DNA of 64,000 nt, from the IMG/VR virus record IMGVR_UViG_3300025141_000074; one strand, 5' to 3'. Below, in pieces: positions 50,179 through 58,636 of this stretch. Numbering within the stretch: the stretch's first letter is position 1; every line of letters starts with the position of its first letter. The notes below the pieces were generated by a model. That model was given only the letters and a program-made list of their open reading frames with translations. It had not been told where the DNA came from and did no database searches. A program made the translations under genes and the position numbers. This DNA is from an uncultured virus (IMG/VR IMGVR_UViG_3300025141_000074). Taxonomy: Duplodnaviria; Heunggongvirae; Uroviricota; Caudoviricetes.

Positions 50179-51274
50179 AAAACCCGGGTACCGTGAACAA
50201 GGAAAGAAACGTGTAGCAGCGAACAAGCCTATTGCGGGAGTTAAGCCAGGTTTTGCTATTAACCCGGAGCAGATGGAATATGAAAGAAGAAAACTTTTGG
50301 AAGAAATGTCTACAAAACTTACGCCTAATAGAAAGACGCTTAATACAATGGCAGCAGTTGCGGCAACACAAGAGCCAGAGTATTTTGATGAAGAAGGAAA
50401 GAAAAGAGAGCCAACGATGCGTGTATTATCACTCGGGGCAGGGGTTCAGTCATCCTGTTTGGCACTCATGGCGCAAGAAGGACTGACAAAACACAAACCA
50501 GATTACATGATATTTGCCGATACTGGATGGGAACCTTCCTTCGTGTATGAGCATGTAGAATACTTAAAGAAAGCAATAACGATCTGTCCACTCATTACTG
50601 TAGAACGTGGTAATATCCGTGAGGATCTTATCCGCGCAGCGAACCCCATTAAAGGGTCAAATGAGGAGCATAAATCTTTCGCCGGACGTGTACCAAATCC
50701 ACCACTATTTGCTGCACGTCCTGGTGGAAAGGTTGGAATGTTATACCGTCAATGCACCCATGACTATAAAGTTATTCCTATTCAAAAAAAGATGAGGGAA
50801 TTACTTGGCATAAAACCAAGACACCGTGTTAAAAAAGGACAGTTAGTAGAACAATGGATTGGTATATCCACCGATGAAGCAATGCGCATGAAGAAGGCGC
50901 GGATGCCATGGCTTACATCAAGATGGCCATTAATTGAAATGAAAATGTCACGTGCTGATTGCCTGCAATGGTACCGTGATATAAAAAAACACCCTATGCC
51001 TGGCAAATCGTCGTGCATAGGGTGCCCTTACCACCATAATGATCAGTGGAAAAACATGCAGAAGAATTATCCAAAGGACTGGGATGATGCGTGTGAAGTT
51101 GATGACAAGATCAGGCATGGATTAAAGAACACACCAGCAGAACTATTTCTTCATAAGTCAGCGAAGCCGCTTAGAAGTATAAATTTCCTTGAGCCAAAGA
51201 AACAACAAAGTTTATTTGGAGAAACGTTTGATGAAGAATTTTCAGATGAATGTGAGGGACTTTGTGGAGTATGA
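50165..51274 (+). CDS. PAPS-reductase/DndC-like PP-loop protein with Cys clusters
   Basis: SLGAGVQSS (variant PP-loop), FADTGWE, RQCT, WIGISTDE, SSCIGCPYH, ECEGLCGV. Confidence 0.75.
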   Translation: MTEIRKPGYREQGKKRVAANKPIAGVKPGFAINPEQMEYERRKLLEEMSTKLTPNRKTLNTMAAVAATQEPEYFDEEGKKREPTMRVLSLGAGVQSSCLALMAQEGLTKHKPDYMIFADTGWEPSFVYEHVEYLKKAITICPLITVERGNIREDLIRAANPIKGSNEEHKSFAGRVPNPPLFAARPGGKVGMLYRQCTHDYKVIPIQKKMRELLGIKPRHRVKKGQLVEQWIGISTDEAMRMKKARMPWLTSRWPLIEMKMSRADCLQWYRDIKKHPMPGKSSCIGCPYHHNDQWKNMQKNYPKDWDDACEVDDKIRHGLKNTPAELFLHKSAKPLRSINFLEPKKQQSLFGETFDEEFSDECEGLCGV

Positions 51275-51449
51275 TAAAAGCACCGTGCGCCCAGGACCAG
51301 AATTTAAGTGTACACAATGTGGTAGATGGTTTAAAAAATTATTATATTGGACAAGTAAAAAGTTTAATCCGGAACAAAAGTATGATATAATGATGCTATG
51401 CGGACCGAAATGTTCATTAAAATCATATGGCGAAAGTAGGATTAAGTAA
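51189..51449 (+). CDS. Small Zn-finger protein (start uncertain)
   Basis: CTQC...CGPKC. Confidence 0.55.
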   Translation: MSQRNNKVYLEKRLMKNFQMNVRDFVEYDKSTVRPGPEFKCTQCGRWFKKLLYWTSKKFNPEQKYDIMMLCGPKCSLKSYGESRIK

Positions 51450-51503
51450 ACATAAAGGCCGACGAAAGTTAGGCAAGAAAAAGAGAAAGAAGAGGTCATC
51501 AAA

Positions 51504-52148
51504 ATGGCGCAAGAAAAAGACGGGAAAGTAGTAATAGCGAAGATTCCAATTCAGGATACACGCCTGTTCTACAAGAACTATGATAATTATTCCAATCTCA
51601 ACAACTTGTTGATGACGGAGATAGAGAAGGAAAAGAAAAAGGATCCTAAAGGATTAGAGGCAACCAATCCAGGTTGCTGGAGAAGTATGTTCAAGTACCA
51701 GTGTGAAAAGGAACTGATGAAACCAATTGGAATTATTCTTTCCGCCTGGACGGATCACTACTTGCCAGGAAAGGTCGTGGATGCACAAATAACCTACTGG
51801 ACAAATGTTAACGAGCCAGGTGGGGCCAACATCTTTCACACTCACTACCGTGCGGATGCGGACCTATCCGGTGTCTATTACGTGAAGGGACACGGAACCG
51901 GAGTCATTCGTTTTGCGACGCATGAGCAGATGTACAAGATGATTCCTGTACACATGCCACACGCCAACATGATTGGACACAATCCAACGGACGGTGACAT
52001 ACTGTGCTTTCCATCCTATATATTGCATGATGTGGTACCTAATCCATCGAAGGGACAGCGAATTTCAATTGCGTTCAACGTGAAATTTGCCATCAAGGAA
52101 AAGGATAATGTGGTTCCCTTGACTAAAAAAGTGGAAGAGGGCAAATGA
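51504..52148 (+). CDS. 2OG-Fe(II) oxygenase (TIGR02466-like)
   Basis: WTNVNEPG...HTH...LSGVYYV...FPSYILHDV.PN...RISIAFN. Confidence 0.85.
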   Translation: MAQEKDGKVVIAKIPIQDTRLFYKNYDNYSNLNNLLMTEIEKEKKKDPKGLEATNPGCWRSMFKYQCEKELMKPIGIILSAWTDHYLPGKVVDAQITYWTNVNEPGGANIFHTHYRADADLSGVYYVKGHGTGVIRFATHEQMYKMIPVHMPHANMIGHNPTDGDILCFPSYILHDVVPNPSKGQRISIAFNVKFAIKEKDNVVPLTKKVEEGK

Positions 52149-52384
52149 TGGACGTTTGGGACCCAGGAGAGGAAACGACGGTATTCCGCCAAATAAAAAA
52201 GCTCATATCTCGCTCCTATCGGGGTTTAAAAGGTTGGGTGGTGTGTTTGTACCCGGGTAATTTAGTGTTTTTGGCCAAAGACTGGTTCTATTCACTATGT
52301 GAGCATTATGGTGGGGCCATCAGCTGCTGGGCATGGCAAAAGCGTTGGAGTAAACAAAATAGAAAGAGATACAAGCATGGTTAA
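52145..52384 (+). CDS. Hypothetical protein
   Basis: Coupled ORF; ISCWAWQKRW. Confidence 0.55.
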   Translation: MMDVWDPGEETTVFRQIKKLISRSYRGLKGWVVCLYPGNLVFLAKDWFYSLCEHYGGAISCWAWQKRWSKQNRKRYKHG

Positions 52385-52694
52385 AATGGAATGGAAGCAA
52401 GAAGACTTAGAGCTTGCTGGTGAACTAATTAAGAATCATACAGCAACTGAAGTTGGAAAAATTTTTAACAAATCTAAAAACGCTATCCTTGGTGTTCTTT
52501 ATCGAGAGAAAATAAAAAATGGTTATGTGCCAGCTCCTGATTCTCCATATTCAAAAGCACGGATGAGAAATAGATTCAAGAGTGATCCGGCATTGGGTGA
52601 AATGAAATGCTACATATGTTCAACGACTTTTACCAGGTCCGGACGATTTGATCGCTTCTGTTATGAATGTAGAAGGACGGGACGAGTTGCGTGA
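52377..52694 (+). CDS. GcrA-like HTH regulator with C-terminal Zn finger
   Basis: MEWKQEDL...TATEVGKIFNKSKNAILGVLYR resembles the GcrA N-terminal domain; CYIC...CYEC. Confidence 0.6.
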   Translation: MVKMEWKQEDLELAGELIKNHTATEVGKIFNKSKNAILGVLYREKIKNGYVPAPDSPYSKARMRNRFKSDPALGEMKCYICSTTFTRSGRFDRFCYECRRTGRVA

Positions 52695-53092
52695 TAGAAA
52701 GGAAGTTAGATAAATATGTACAAGTACTTAACAACATTGATGACGCTCAAGATAAATTTGTTTGGATTATGGATTTTGGAAAAAATTCCAAGCCAATGGA
52801 AGACGAAAACAGGACTAGATATTTTGAAGTTCCAGGCTGTCAATCACAGACGTGGTTGGTACCGCATTTTATTGATGATAAAATATATTTTACTGCTGAT
52901 TCAGCTGCACTTATATCTAAGGGCATGGTCTGTATCATTGCGGATGTGTACAGTGGATCTACGGCCCAGGACATAAATGATTTTGATCAGAGAGAATTTG
53001 AAAAAATGAATCTTAATACATTATTAACACCAGGTAGAAATAATGGTGTTAATAGTATGTTAAAAAAAATTAAATATTATGCTACAGAATAA
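52691..53092 (+). CDS. sufE: SufE-family sulfur acceptor protein
   Basis: VPGCQSQTWL, ADSAALISKG, LLTPGRNNG. Confidence 0.88.
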   Translation: MIERKLDKYVQVLNNIDDAQDKFVWIMDFGKNSKPMEDENRTRYFEVPGCQSQTWLVPHFIDDKIYFTADSAALISKGMVCIIADVYSGSTAQDINDFDQREFEKMNLNTLLTPGRNNGVNSMLKKIKYYATE

Positions 53093-53190
53093 ATCAATAT
53101 GCTTACATGGTTGCTTAGAGCTTATATTATATGGTCTATCTGTTTAGATGCTAGTATAATTACAGGACTTTTATATTATTTCTTTATTCG

Positions 53191-53496
53191 TTAATCCCAT
53201 TTAGCTTTAGCACGAAGTGACCATCTTTCAAACGCTGCTGCATCTATATCTTTTTTAATTAATTTAGCACCAGCTGGTACTTCATTATAGAGCGCCATTA
53301 CTTCACCATCTTCTATATGTACAATACCAGGACCACAAAAAGCATCTTTGTCATATCCTGTATTTTTCTTTTTAAGTAATCGTACTTCTTTCATACATTT
53401 AGATAATGACTCCATAGGAATATATTGTGTCATTTGAGTTTCTTGGTCATTCATATTACCAAACATAAACATTAAAATTACACTAATTACTTCCAT
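53191..53496 (-). CDS. Hypothetical protein with hydrophobic N-terminus
   Basis: Part of a coupled minus-strand operon. Confidence 0.65.
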   Translation of the reverse strand: MEVISVILMFMFGNMNDQETQMTQYIPMESLSKCMKEVRLLKKKNTGYDKDAFCGPGIVHIEDGEVMALYNEVPAGAKLIKKDIDAAAFERWSLRAKAKWD

Positions 53497-53890
53497 TTGC
53501 TTCCCTCAATTTATCTTTTAATTTCTCCACGTCATTAAGCAAGCGTTCTATATCATGCTGTGCCCTCTTTATATTTACGGAATTACTCATCATTGACTCC
53601 ATATCTTCCATCATGGATTCTAATTGAGAACTAAGAAATTCTATAAGGAGGTCCTGCTGAGCATCCGCGGGTAGAGCACCTAATTCACCACGTGGCCATT
53701 TTATTCTAAATTCTGTGTTTGCGGTGAGATCGGCTTCCATAAGCGTACTTCGCGTCTCAACATTGTTAAGTCTTTCTTGTATTCCGAAAAAGGCGTAGAC
53801 GCCAATTCCGACTGCTGCGAGTATTGATAAAAGGTTACGCATAGGCATAGAAATAGCAGTCTTATCACTTACATCCATCCTGTCAGTCAT
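53483..53890 (-). CDS. TM-anchored coiled-coil protein
   Basis: N-terminal TM followed by heptad repeats. Confidence 0.7.
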   Translation of the reverse strand: MTDRMDVSDKTAISMPMRNLLSILAAVGIGVYAFFGIQERLNNVETRSTLMEADLTANTEFRIKWPRGELGALPADAQQDLLIEFLSSQLESMMEDMESMMSNSVNIKRAQHDIERLLNDVEKLKDKLREANGSN

Positions 53891-54235
53891 TTAGTCTCCG
53901 TAGGAGTAGGAGCCACCCTTGGTTTGATTCTGTTGCATCATATCAGTTGAATCATTTAAGAGATTAAACAGCTGCTTGTGCTGGTCCATGATCTCCTTGT
54001 CTTTCTTATTTCCCTGTCTTAAATCTTTCTTGATCTGCTTCACGTCCACCATGAGATTCTCCAGGTCTATTTTCATCTTGACCTGATTCTCGATGACGTC
54101 TTTCTTATTCTCTTCTTCAAAGCTCTTGTACATTTGATCCACCCGCGAATCGAGTTTGCTCACGTACCATATGACTGCCACGCCCTGAATCAGCACAAAT
54201 GCCACAACGGCGAATGATATCTTAAGTCCATTCAT
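53891..54235 (-). CDS. TM-anchored coiled-coil protein
   Basis: N-terminal TM followed by heptad repeats. Confidence 0.7.
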   Translation of the reverse strand: MNGLKISFAVVAFVLIQGVAVIWYVSKLDSRVDQMYKSFEEENKKDVIENQVKMKIDLENLMVDVKQIKKDLRQGNKKDKEIMDQHKQLFNLLNDSTDMMQQNQTKGGSYSYGD

Positions 54236-54280
54236 CTAATCATCCTATCACAATCAGCGCCAACAGTAAAATGATATATC

Positions 54281-54514
54281 TCATGCCCCAATGGGCTTAG
54301 GCATTCCTGTGATAGGGAATGAGTCAAAAGGTATACAAAAAGCCTCCGTTTTAAGGGAAAGCTTGTATTCCGGTGGTTTTGCCGCATATGCTTCCCTGTA
54401 ACCATCGCGTGCCACTACACACTGCTCTTCCGTTGGGTAGATAAGTGCGTTGTATTTAACGGATGGTTGATTAGGGGAAGACAATAGCATTACCAGTAGC
54501 CATATCTTAACCAT
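54281..54514 (-). CDS. Small secreted-type protein with two Cys
   Basis: MVKIWLLVMLL...EEQC...AFCIP. Confidence 0.65.
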   Translation of the reverse strand: MVKIWLLVMLLSSPNQPSVKYNALIYPTEEQCVVARDGYREAYAAKPPEYKLSLKTEAFCIPFDSFPITGMPKPIGA

Positions 54515-54770
54515 TTATTTTCCTCGTAAATATGTTTTATGAGGTTGATATTTTAACCATTTTCTGAATTTATACCAGATATTTCTGATTCTTCGTGCCA
54601 TTGTTGTCCTATTAAAAAGGGGACCCTCCCGCAACGAATGCGCGAAAAGAGTCCACCGAGATGAAATGAAGTTGAGAACTATTATATACTTGACAAGTTG
54701 TTTCAACGCAAGAAATAACTTATTTTTTACTTGACACGGTTTTTGGCTGATTTCCGGGATAATTATTTAC

Positions 54771-54799
54771 TTGATATATCCCATAATTTACTGTATAAT
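54771..54799 (+). promoter_or_regulatory. sigma70-type promoter
   Basis: TTGATA 54771-N17-TATAAT 54794. Confidence 0.7.
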
Positions 54800-54841
54800 A
54801 TGGGCAACAAAGAAAGAATAATATTTGCAAATATTATTTCC

Positions 54842-55000
54842 TTCTGGCTGAACAACAAGTGCAAAGTTGTAAAGCAATGGCTCCGGGGGATATGTCCAAA
54901 TGGATGAAGGACTGGGGTTAGGTACTGAGTACCGTTATCATTTGAAAGGATGATTTGCCGGGAAAGGTTGGGGGTGCGTTCATCCAAGACCCTCGGAGGC
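54842..55000 (+). ncRNA. Candidate structured leader RNA (~160 nt)
   Basis: GC-rich island with six or more helices, a GAAA tetraloop, and 8-bp TGGATGAA/TTCATCCA pairing; ends at the GGAGG RBS. Confidence 0.6.
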
Positions 55001-55006
55001 TTTGTT

Positions 55007-55273
55007 ATGAAATGGAATGAGATGTTAAAAGATATGTTAAGTTTAAAAAAGTTTGATGAATGGCTGAACAAGTCACACAGGGGCCACCGAATCTCCTACT
55101 ACAGGGGATTCATCTTTGCGCCGAATGAGCAGAAGCTATCACCCACGCTTGACTTCAAGCGCGTGGAAAAGCTAGCCAAGCACGTACGCAAAGCCTTCAA
55201 CAACCACCTCGTTACACTGGTACAAAAGAAGCATGATAATTTTGATTATGAATACATTGCGGTGCGTCTATGA
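55007..55273 (+). CDS. Hypothetical protein
   Basis: GGAGG 54995-99, ATG 55007; ISYYRG...LVQKK...YEYIAVR. Confidence 0.7.
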   Translation: MKWNEMLKDMLSLKKFDEWLNKSHRGHRISYYRGFIFAPNEQKLSPTLDFKRVEKLAKHVRKAFNNHLVTLVQKKHDNFDYEYIAVRL

Positions 55274-55528
55274 TCTGGGCCATCATTTCATTTTTTATCA
55301 TCCCCATTAAGATCGTCATTGCATTATGGATAGTATACCATCTTTACATGTGGGTATTGGGCATATGAGCACAGGATATAATCTAAACGGGGCTAACAGT
55401 TCCAGGCAGCCTCCACGAAGAGTGAAGGAGTTGGATAGCCAACGACATAATCCAATTTTCACCAAACCTACGTTTAAGAAAAGACACAATAGGAGTGGGA
55501 AGGTAAAATTTATACAAATAAGGAACAC

Positions 55529-55723
55529 ATGAGTTTATATAAGAGATTAATAAAAGAAAAAGACCGTCTTGGAAAAAAAGCACTGCGCTTTCCGCAGACG
55601 GACAAAGAGTTGCTCGACCGTAAACGATGGGAGAGAATTTATATAATTCTCACCCGCCGTTACGAATACGAAAGAGAGTCCTTTGAGAATGAACTTCGAG
55701 GATCACCGGAACACAATAGCTAG
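55529..55723 (+). CDS. Small basic hypothetical protein
   Basis: AAGGA RBS; coupled ORF. Confidence 0.55.
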   Translation: MSLYKRLIKEKDRLGKKALRFPQTDKELLDRKRWERIYIILTRRYEYERESFENELRGSPEHNS

Positions 55724-55731
55724 GAGGTAAC

Positions 55732-55890
55732 ATGGCTAAAACACTACTACAAAAAATCAAGGCACAGCTTGCTAAACTAGAGAAGCTGCACGAAAAGGAA
55801 AATGATGTTGTTGAAAAGATCAATGATATTATTGAGGAAGAAGAAAACAAGGATGAGGAAAATGATTTTGATTGGGAGGGTACAGATTAA
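55732..55890 (+). CDS. Small protein with acidic tail (52 aa, not in ORF track)
   Basis: AGGAGGT RBS; MAKTLLQKIKAQLAKLEKLHEKEND...EEEENKDEENDFDWEGTD. Confidence 0.7.
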   Translation: MAKTLLQKIKAQLAKLEKLHEKENDVVEKINDIIEEEENKDEENDFDWEGTD

Positions 55891-56097
55891 TGGACCCCGC
55901 AACATTCGCCCTTGTGTTCTTCGGAACGCTTTGGATAGTGGGCATGCTTGGTGATTAAGATTTCCAAGTATCCCGCAAAGGTTGGGTATGGCAAGCTTCA
56001 TGGATTGTGGTATGAATACTGGAATGACATGAGCTGGCGTCCCACGCTTAAAACGAAAATTATCTTGTTTTTTAAAAGAATAAGGAGAAAGTAGAAT

Positions 56098-56427
56098 ATG
56101 AATAATTACATGTCAAAAAACGAATTAGCTGAATCGCTTGGGATTAGTCTTGCAACGATTAATCGCAAACTAAAAGAAATTCCTCATGTAAAAATGGGGG
56201 GTGTCCAACAAAGTAGGGTATTATTTGATCCTGAAAAGATTAAGAAATATCTTAAAAAATTTGAAGTTAACCTACCCATGGATAAAAAAGATTCGGAACG
56301 TGATTTGAGTTGGGCACAAAATTTTTGGCCTTACCATGACAAAGAAGGCACGATAGTCTTTCTTAACGAAGTGAATCCAAATAACAAGCGTGATCAACAG
56401 CAATGGGGCAGAATTTTAGATGGTTGA
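56098..56427 (+). CDS. Excisionase/AlpA-like winged HTH DNA-binding protein
   Basis: YMSKNELAESLGISLATINR...IPHVKMGG...RVLFD. Confidence 0.7.
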   Translation: MNNYMSKNELAESLGISLATINRKLKEIPHVKMGGVQQSRVLFDPEKIKKYLKKFEVNLPMDKKDSERDLSWAQNFWPYHDKEGTIVFLNEVNPNNKRDQQQWGRILDG

Positions 56428-56608
56428 CACAACAAGATACAAAAGCGTAGCGATAAAGATTCCCTACTATGACGCATTGGTGCGCATGGGGGAGAGCATG
56501 CACCGTGGGCCGGGACAAGAAATGATGCATTTAATTGAGAAGGAATCTGTCCAGAGAGGAATGAAAATAAGAAATGAAAGAATTAGAAAAAGTAAGAAAA
56601 GAGATTAA
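56420..56608 (+). CDS. Small ribbon-helix-helix-like protein
   Basis: DTTRYKSVAIKIPYYDALVRM. Confidence 0.5.
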   Translation: MVDTTRYKSVAIKIPYYDALVRMGESMHRGPGQEMMHLIEKESVQRGMKIRNERIRKSKKRD

Positions 56609-56849
56609 GGCTGTTCTTATAGAAGGGGAGCAGAACAATGAAGCATTCCACTGGCTTGTTGACAAGCTAGGGATGATTCGCATGTATGAGCAAGGGCTAC
56701 CCATTCACATGGTTCTTGGAATCATTGATGAATGGATGGAGGATGTAGAGGAGCGAAACCGTGTTAAAGCATTGGAAGGATTTGATGAAAGGCATATTCA
56801 AAAAACCTACGCAAGTGTACAAACAAGATGGGACGCACGCAACAACTAG
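56574..56849 (+). CDS. Hypothetical protein
   Basis: Coupled ORF. Confidence 0.6.
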   Translation: MKELEKVRKEIKAVLIEGEQNNEAFHWLVDKLGMIRMYEQGLPIHMVLGIIDEWMEDVEERNRVKALEGFDERHIQKTYASVQTRWDARNN

Positions 56850-56850
56850 A

Positions 56851-57129
56851 ATGGATATTAATTCTGTTCCTATGGTGCGTATTCACTGGGTTGATGCCCG
56901 TGATACGGAAACTGGTTGGCTGGATATCAAGGATATCCTCAAGGCCCCACTTGCAAACTGCATGGAGGTTGGCTGGATGATGGTGAATAATGACGAGAAG
57001 GTCGTGATCATGCGCTCGTGGTGCAAGGACAAGGATGACAACAGCGGTGGTGGTGTAACAGCTATACCCAGTGGTTGGGTAAAGAAAATAGAATATTTGA
57101 GTGTGGGACATGCAGACGTACGAAATTAA
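56851..57129 (+). CDS. Phage hypothetical protein
   Basis: VRIHWVDA...GW...VGW...AIPSGWVKKI. Start moved to ATG 56851. Confidence 0.7.
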   Translation: MDINSVPMVRIHWVDARDTETGWLDIKDILKAPLANCMEVGWMMVNNDEKVVIMRSWCKDKDDNSGGGVTAIPSGWVKKIEYLSVGHADVRN

Positions 57130-57499
57130 CTTATGGCAAAATAAAAAGGTTATCGAGAAGGTAGTCAAGCAGTTTGAGGGTGATGAGAAGGTGCTGGAAT
57201 TTATCAAGAACAATTTTGATAAGGATGAGGAATTACCTAGACTGGACCGCGAAAAAGGATATCTTCGTCCTAAAAAGAGTGATATAATAATTACATGGTC
57301 AAAAGTAGCTACTTATGTTCGCAAAAATGCACCAAAGAGACTGGGTCTCAATGAGCAGGAAGAGGAGCTTAAGGATACATTGGATAAGTCAATTACCCAG
57401 GAGACTATTAATGAATGGGGTAAAAATGAGATGTTTAGGCAAGTAAGAAAGCATTATTGGGGTCACCCCAATGCAAAAGGACAAGAAGATATTAGATAA
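57110..57499 (+). CDS. Hypothetical protein
   Basis: Overlapping ORF in the same operon. Confidence 0.6.
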   Translation: MQTYEINLWQNKKVIEKVVKQFEGDEKVLEFIKNNFDKDEELPRLDREKGYLRPKKSDIIITWSKVATYVRKNAPKRLGLNEQEEELKDTLDKSITQETINEWGKNEMFRQVRKHYWGHPNAKGQEDIR

Positions 57500-57515
57500 G
57501 CGACTAGGATGGACG

Positions 57516-57743
57516 ATGAAAAAGAACACGAAGAAGGAAGGATTGACACCCAAGCAAAAATGGGTGTTTGAGGCCATCAAGGACTTCATTCAACAGAATG
57601 GACATTCACCCTCTTATGAGGAGATCAAGCAGCTGATGGGGGTACGCTCCAAGAGTAATGTGCATGCATATGTGCATAGATTAGCGACACGTGGATGGAT
57701 AGGATTTGGAAATGGCAGAAATCGGTCAATTTACATTTTATAA
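57516..57743 (+). CDS. LexA-type DNA-binding domain protein (no peptidase domain)
   Basis: LTPKQKWVFEAIKDFIQQNGHSPSYEEI...GVRSKSNVHAYVHRLATRGWI...RSI. Confidence 0.8.
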   Translation: MKKNTKKEGLTPKQKWVFEAIKDFIQQNGHSPSYEEIKQLMGVRSKSNVHAYVHRLATRGWIGFGNGRNRSIYIL

Positions 57744-57958
57744 GGGGTCACCATAGTGATATATTTGCTCAAAAGTTTTTTTTATTTACGTACCGGGGAT
57801 GAAACTGGTGCCACAGTGACACATTTACTGATTAAGCTATATAAATCAATCATTTATTGTGTGGCACCTATGTGTCACTACTCTAGACGACGCAAGGCGC
57901 TTTTTTGTTTTTTACAAAACAAAATGAGTAAAAATATAACTATACCAGGGGTTTACAA

Positions 57959-58636
57959 GTGGTAGATGAACGATTGAAAGGTGCCACAAGTGGTGCCACA
58001 AATGTGGTCAAAAAGAGGCAATGGATTCCAGGTGAAAAGGGCCATGGACGCCCAGGAGTTCCTGGAAGTGGTGGAGCTAAACACCATCCACTCAGGGCTG
58101 ATGGATTGACTGACAAGCAACAGATCTTTGTTAAGATATTTACAGAGAATGAAGGTAGGATGACACCCACTGAATGTGCTAGGCAAGCTGGTTATGCTGA
58201 AGGATCGGCGAGTATAACTGCATCTGTTTTATTAAATGGTAAAAGATACCCTAAGGTGGTAGAAGCTATCCTCGCACGACGTGCTGAGATGGAAAAGACG
58301 CATGAGGTTAAACTAAATAAACATGTACAGGAATTGGCTAGGCTGCGTGAAAGGGCTCTTAATGAGAAGTCTTATTCTGCTGCTGTTAATGCTGAGCGCT
58401 TGCGAGGGCAAGCTGCGGGATTGTACATCGATAGAAAAGAAATTCGAACGGGTTCAATTGACAGTATGTCTAGAGAGGACGTTTTAAACAAGTTAAAGGA
58501 AATAGGATTAGATGGAAAATTTAAAAAGGAAGGCAATCAAACTGTCCTTTCGGTCGAAGAGAAATCCAGTAGCGATGGAGCTGAAGACATCACCGAAATA
58601 CAAACAGAGGATAGTGAAAGACAAGACAAAGTATGA
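57959..58636 (+). CDS. terS: Terminase small subunit
   Basis: LTDKQQIFV...TECARQAGYA...ASVLL; AAVNAERLRGQAAGLY. Confidence 0.8.
   Translation: MVDERLKGATSGATNVVKKRQWIPGEKGHGRPGVPGSGGAKHHPLRADGLTDKQQIFVKIFTENEGRMTPTECARQAGYAEGSASITASVLLNGKRYPKVVEAILARRAEMEKTHEVKLNKHVQELARLRERALNEKSYSAAVNAERLRGQAAGLYIDRKEIRTGSIDSMSREDVLNKLKEIGLDGKFKKEGNQTVLSVEEKSSSDGAEDITEIQTEDSERQDKV

Noticed and set aside
56098..57743. Integrated prophage or lysogeny module
   Set aside because: Only Xis-like and LexA-like HTH domains are present; no integrase, att-like repeat or host genes were seen.
57756..57965. 69-aa ORF upstream of terS
   Set aside because: Weak start, and the sequence is better explained by inverted repeats and T-tracts of a regulatory region.
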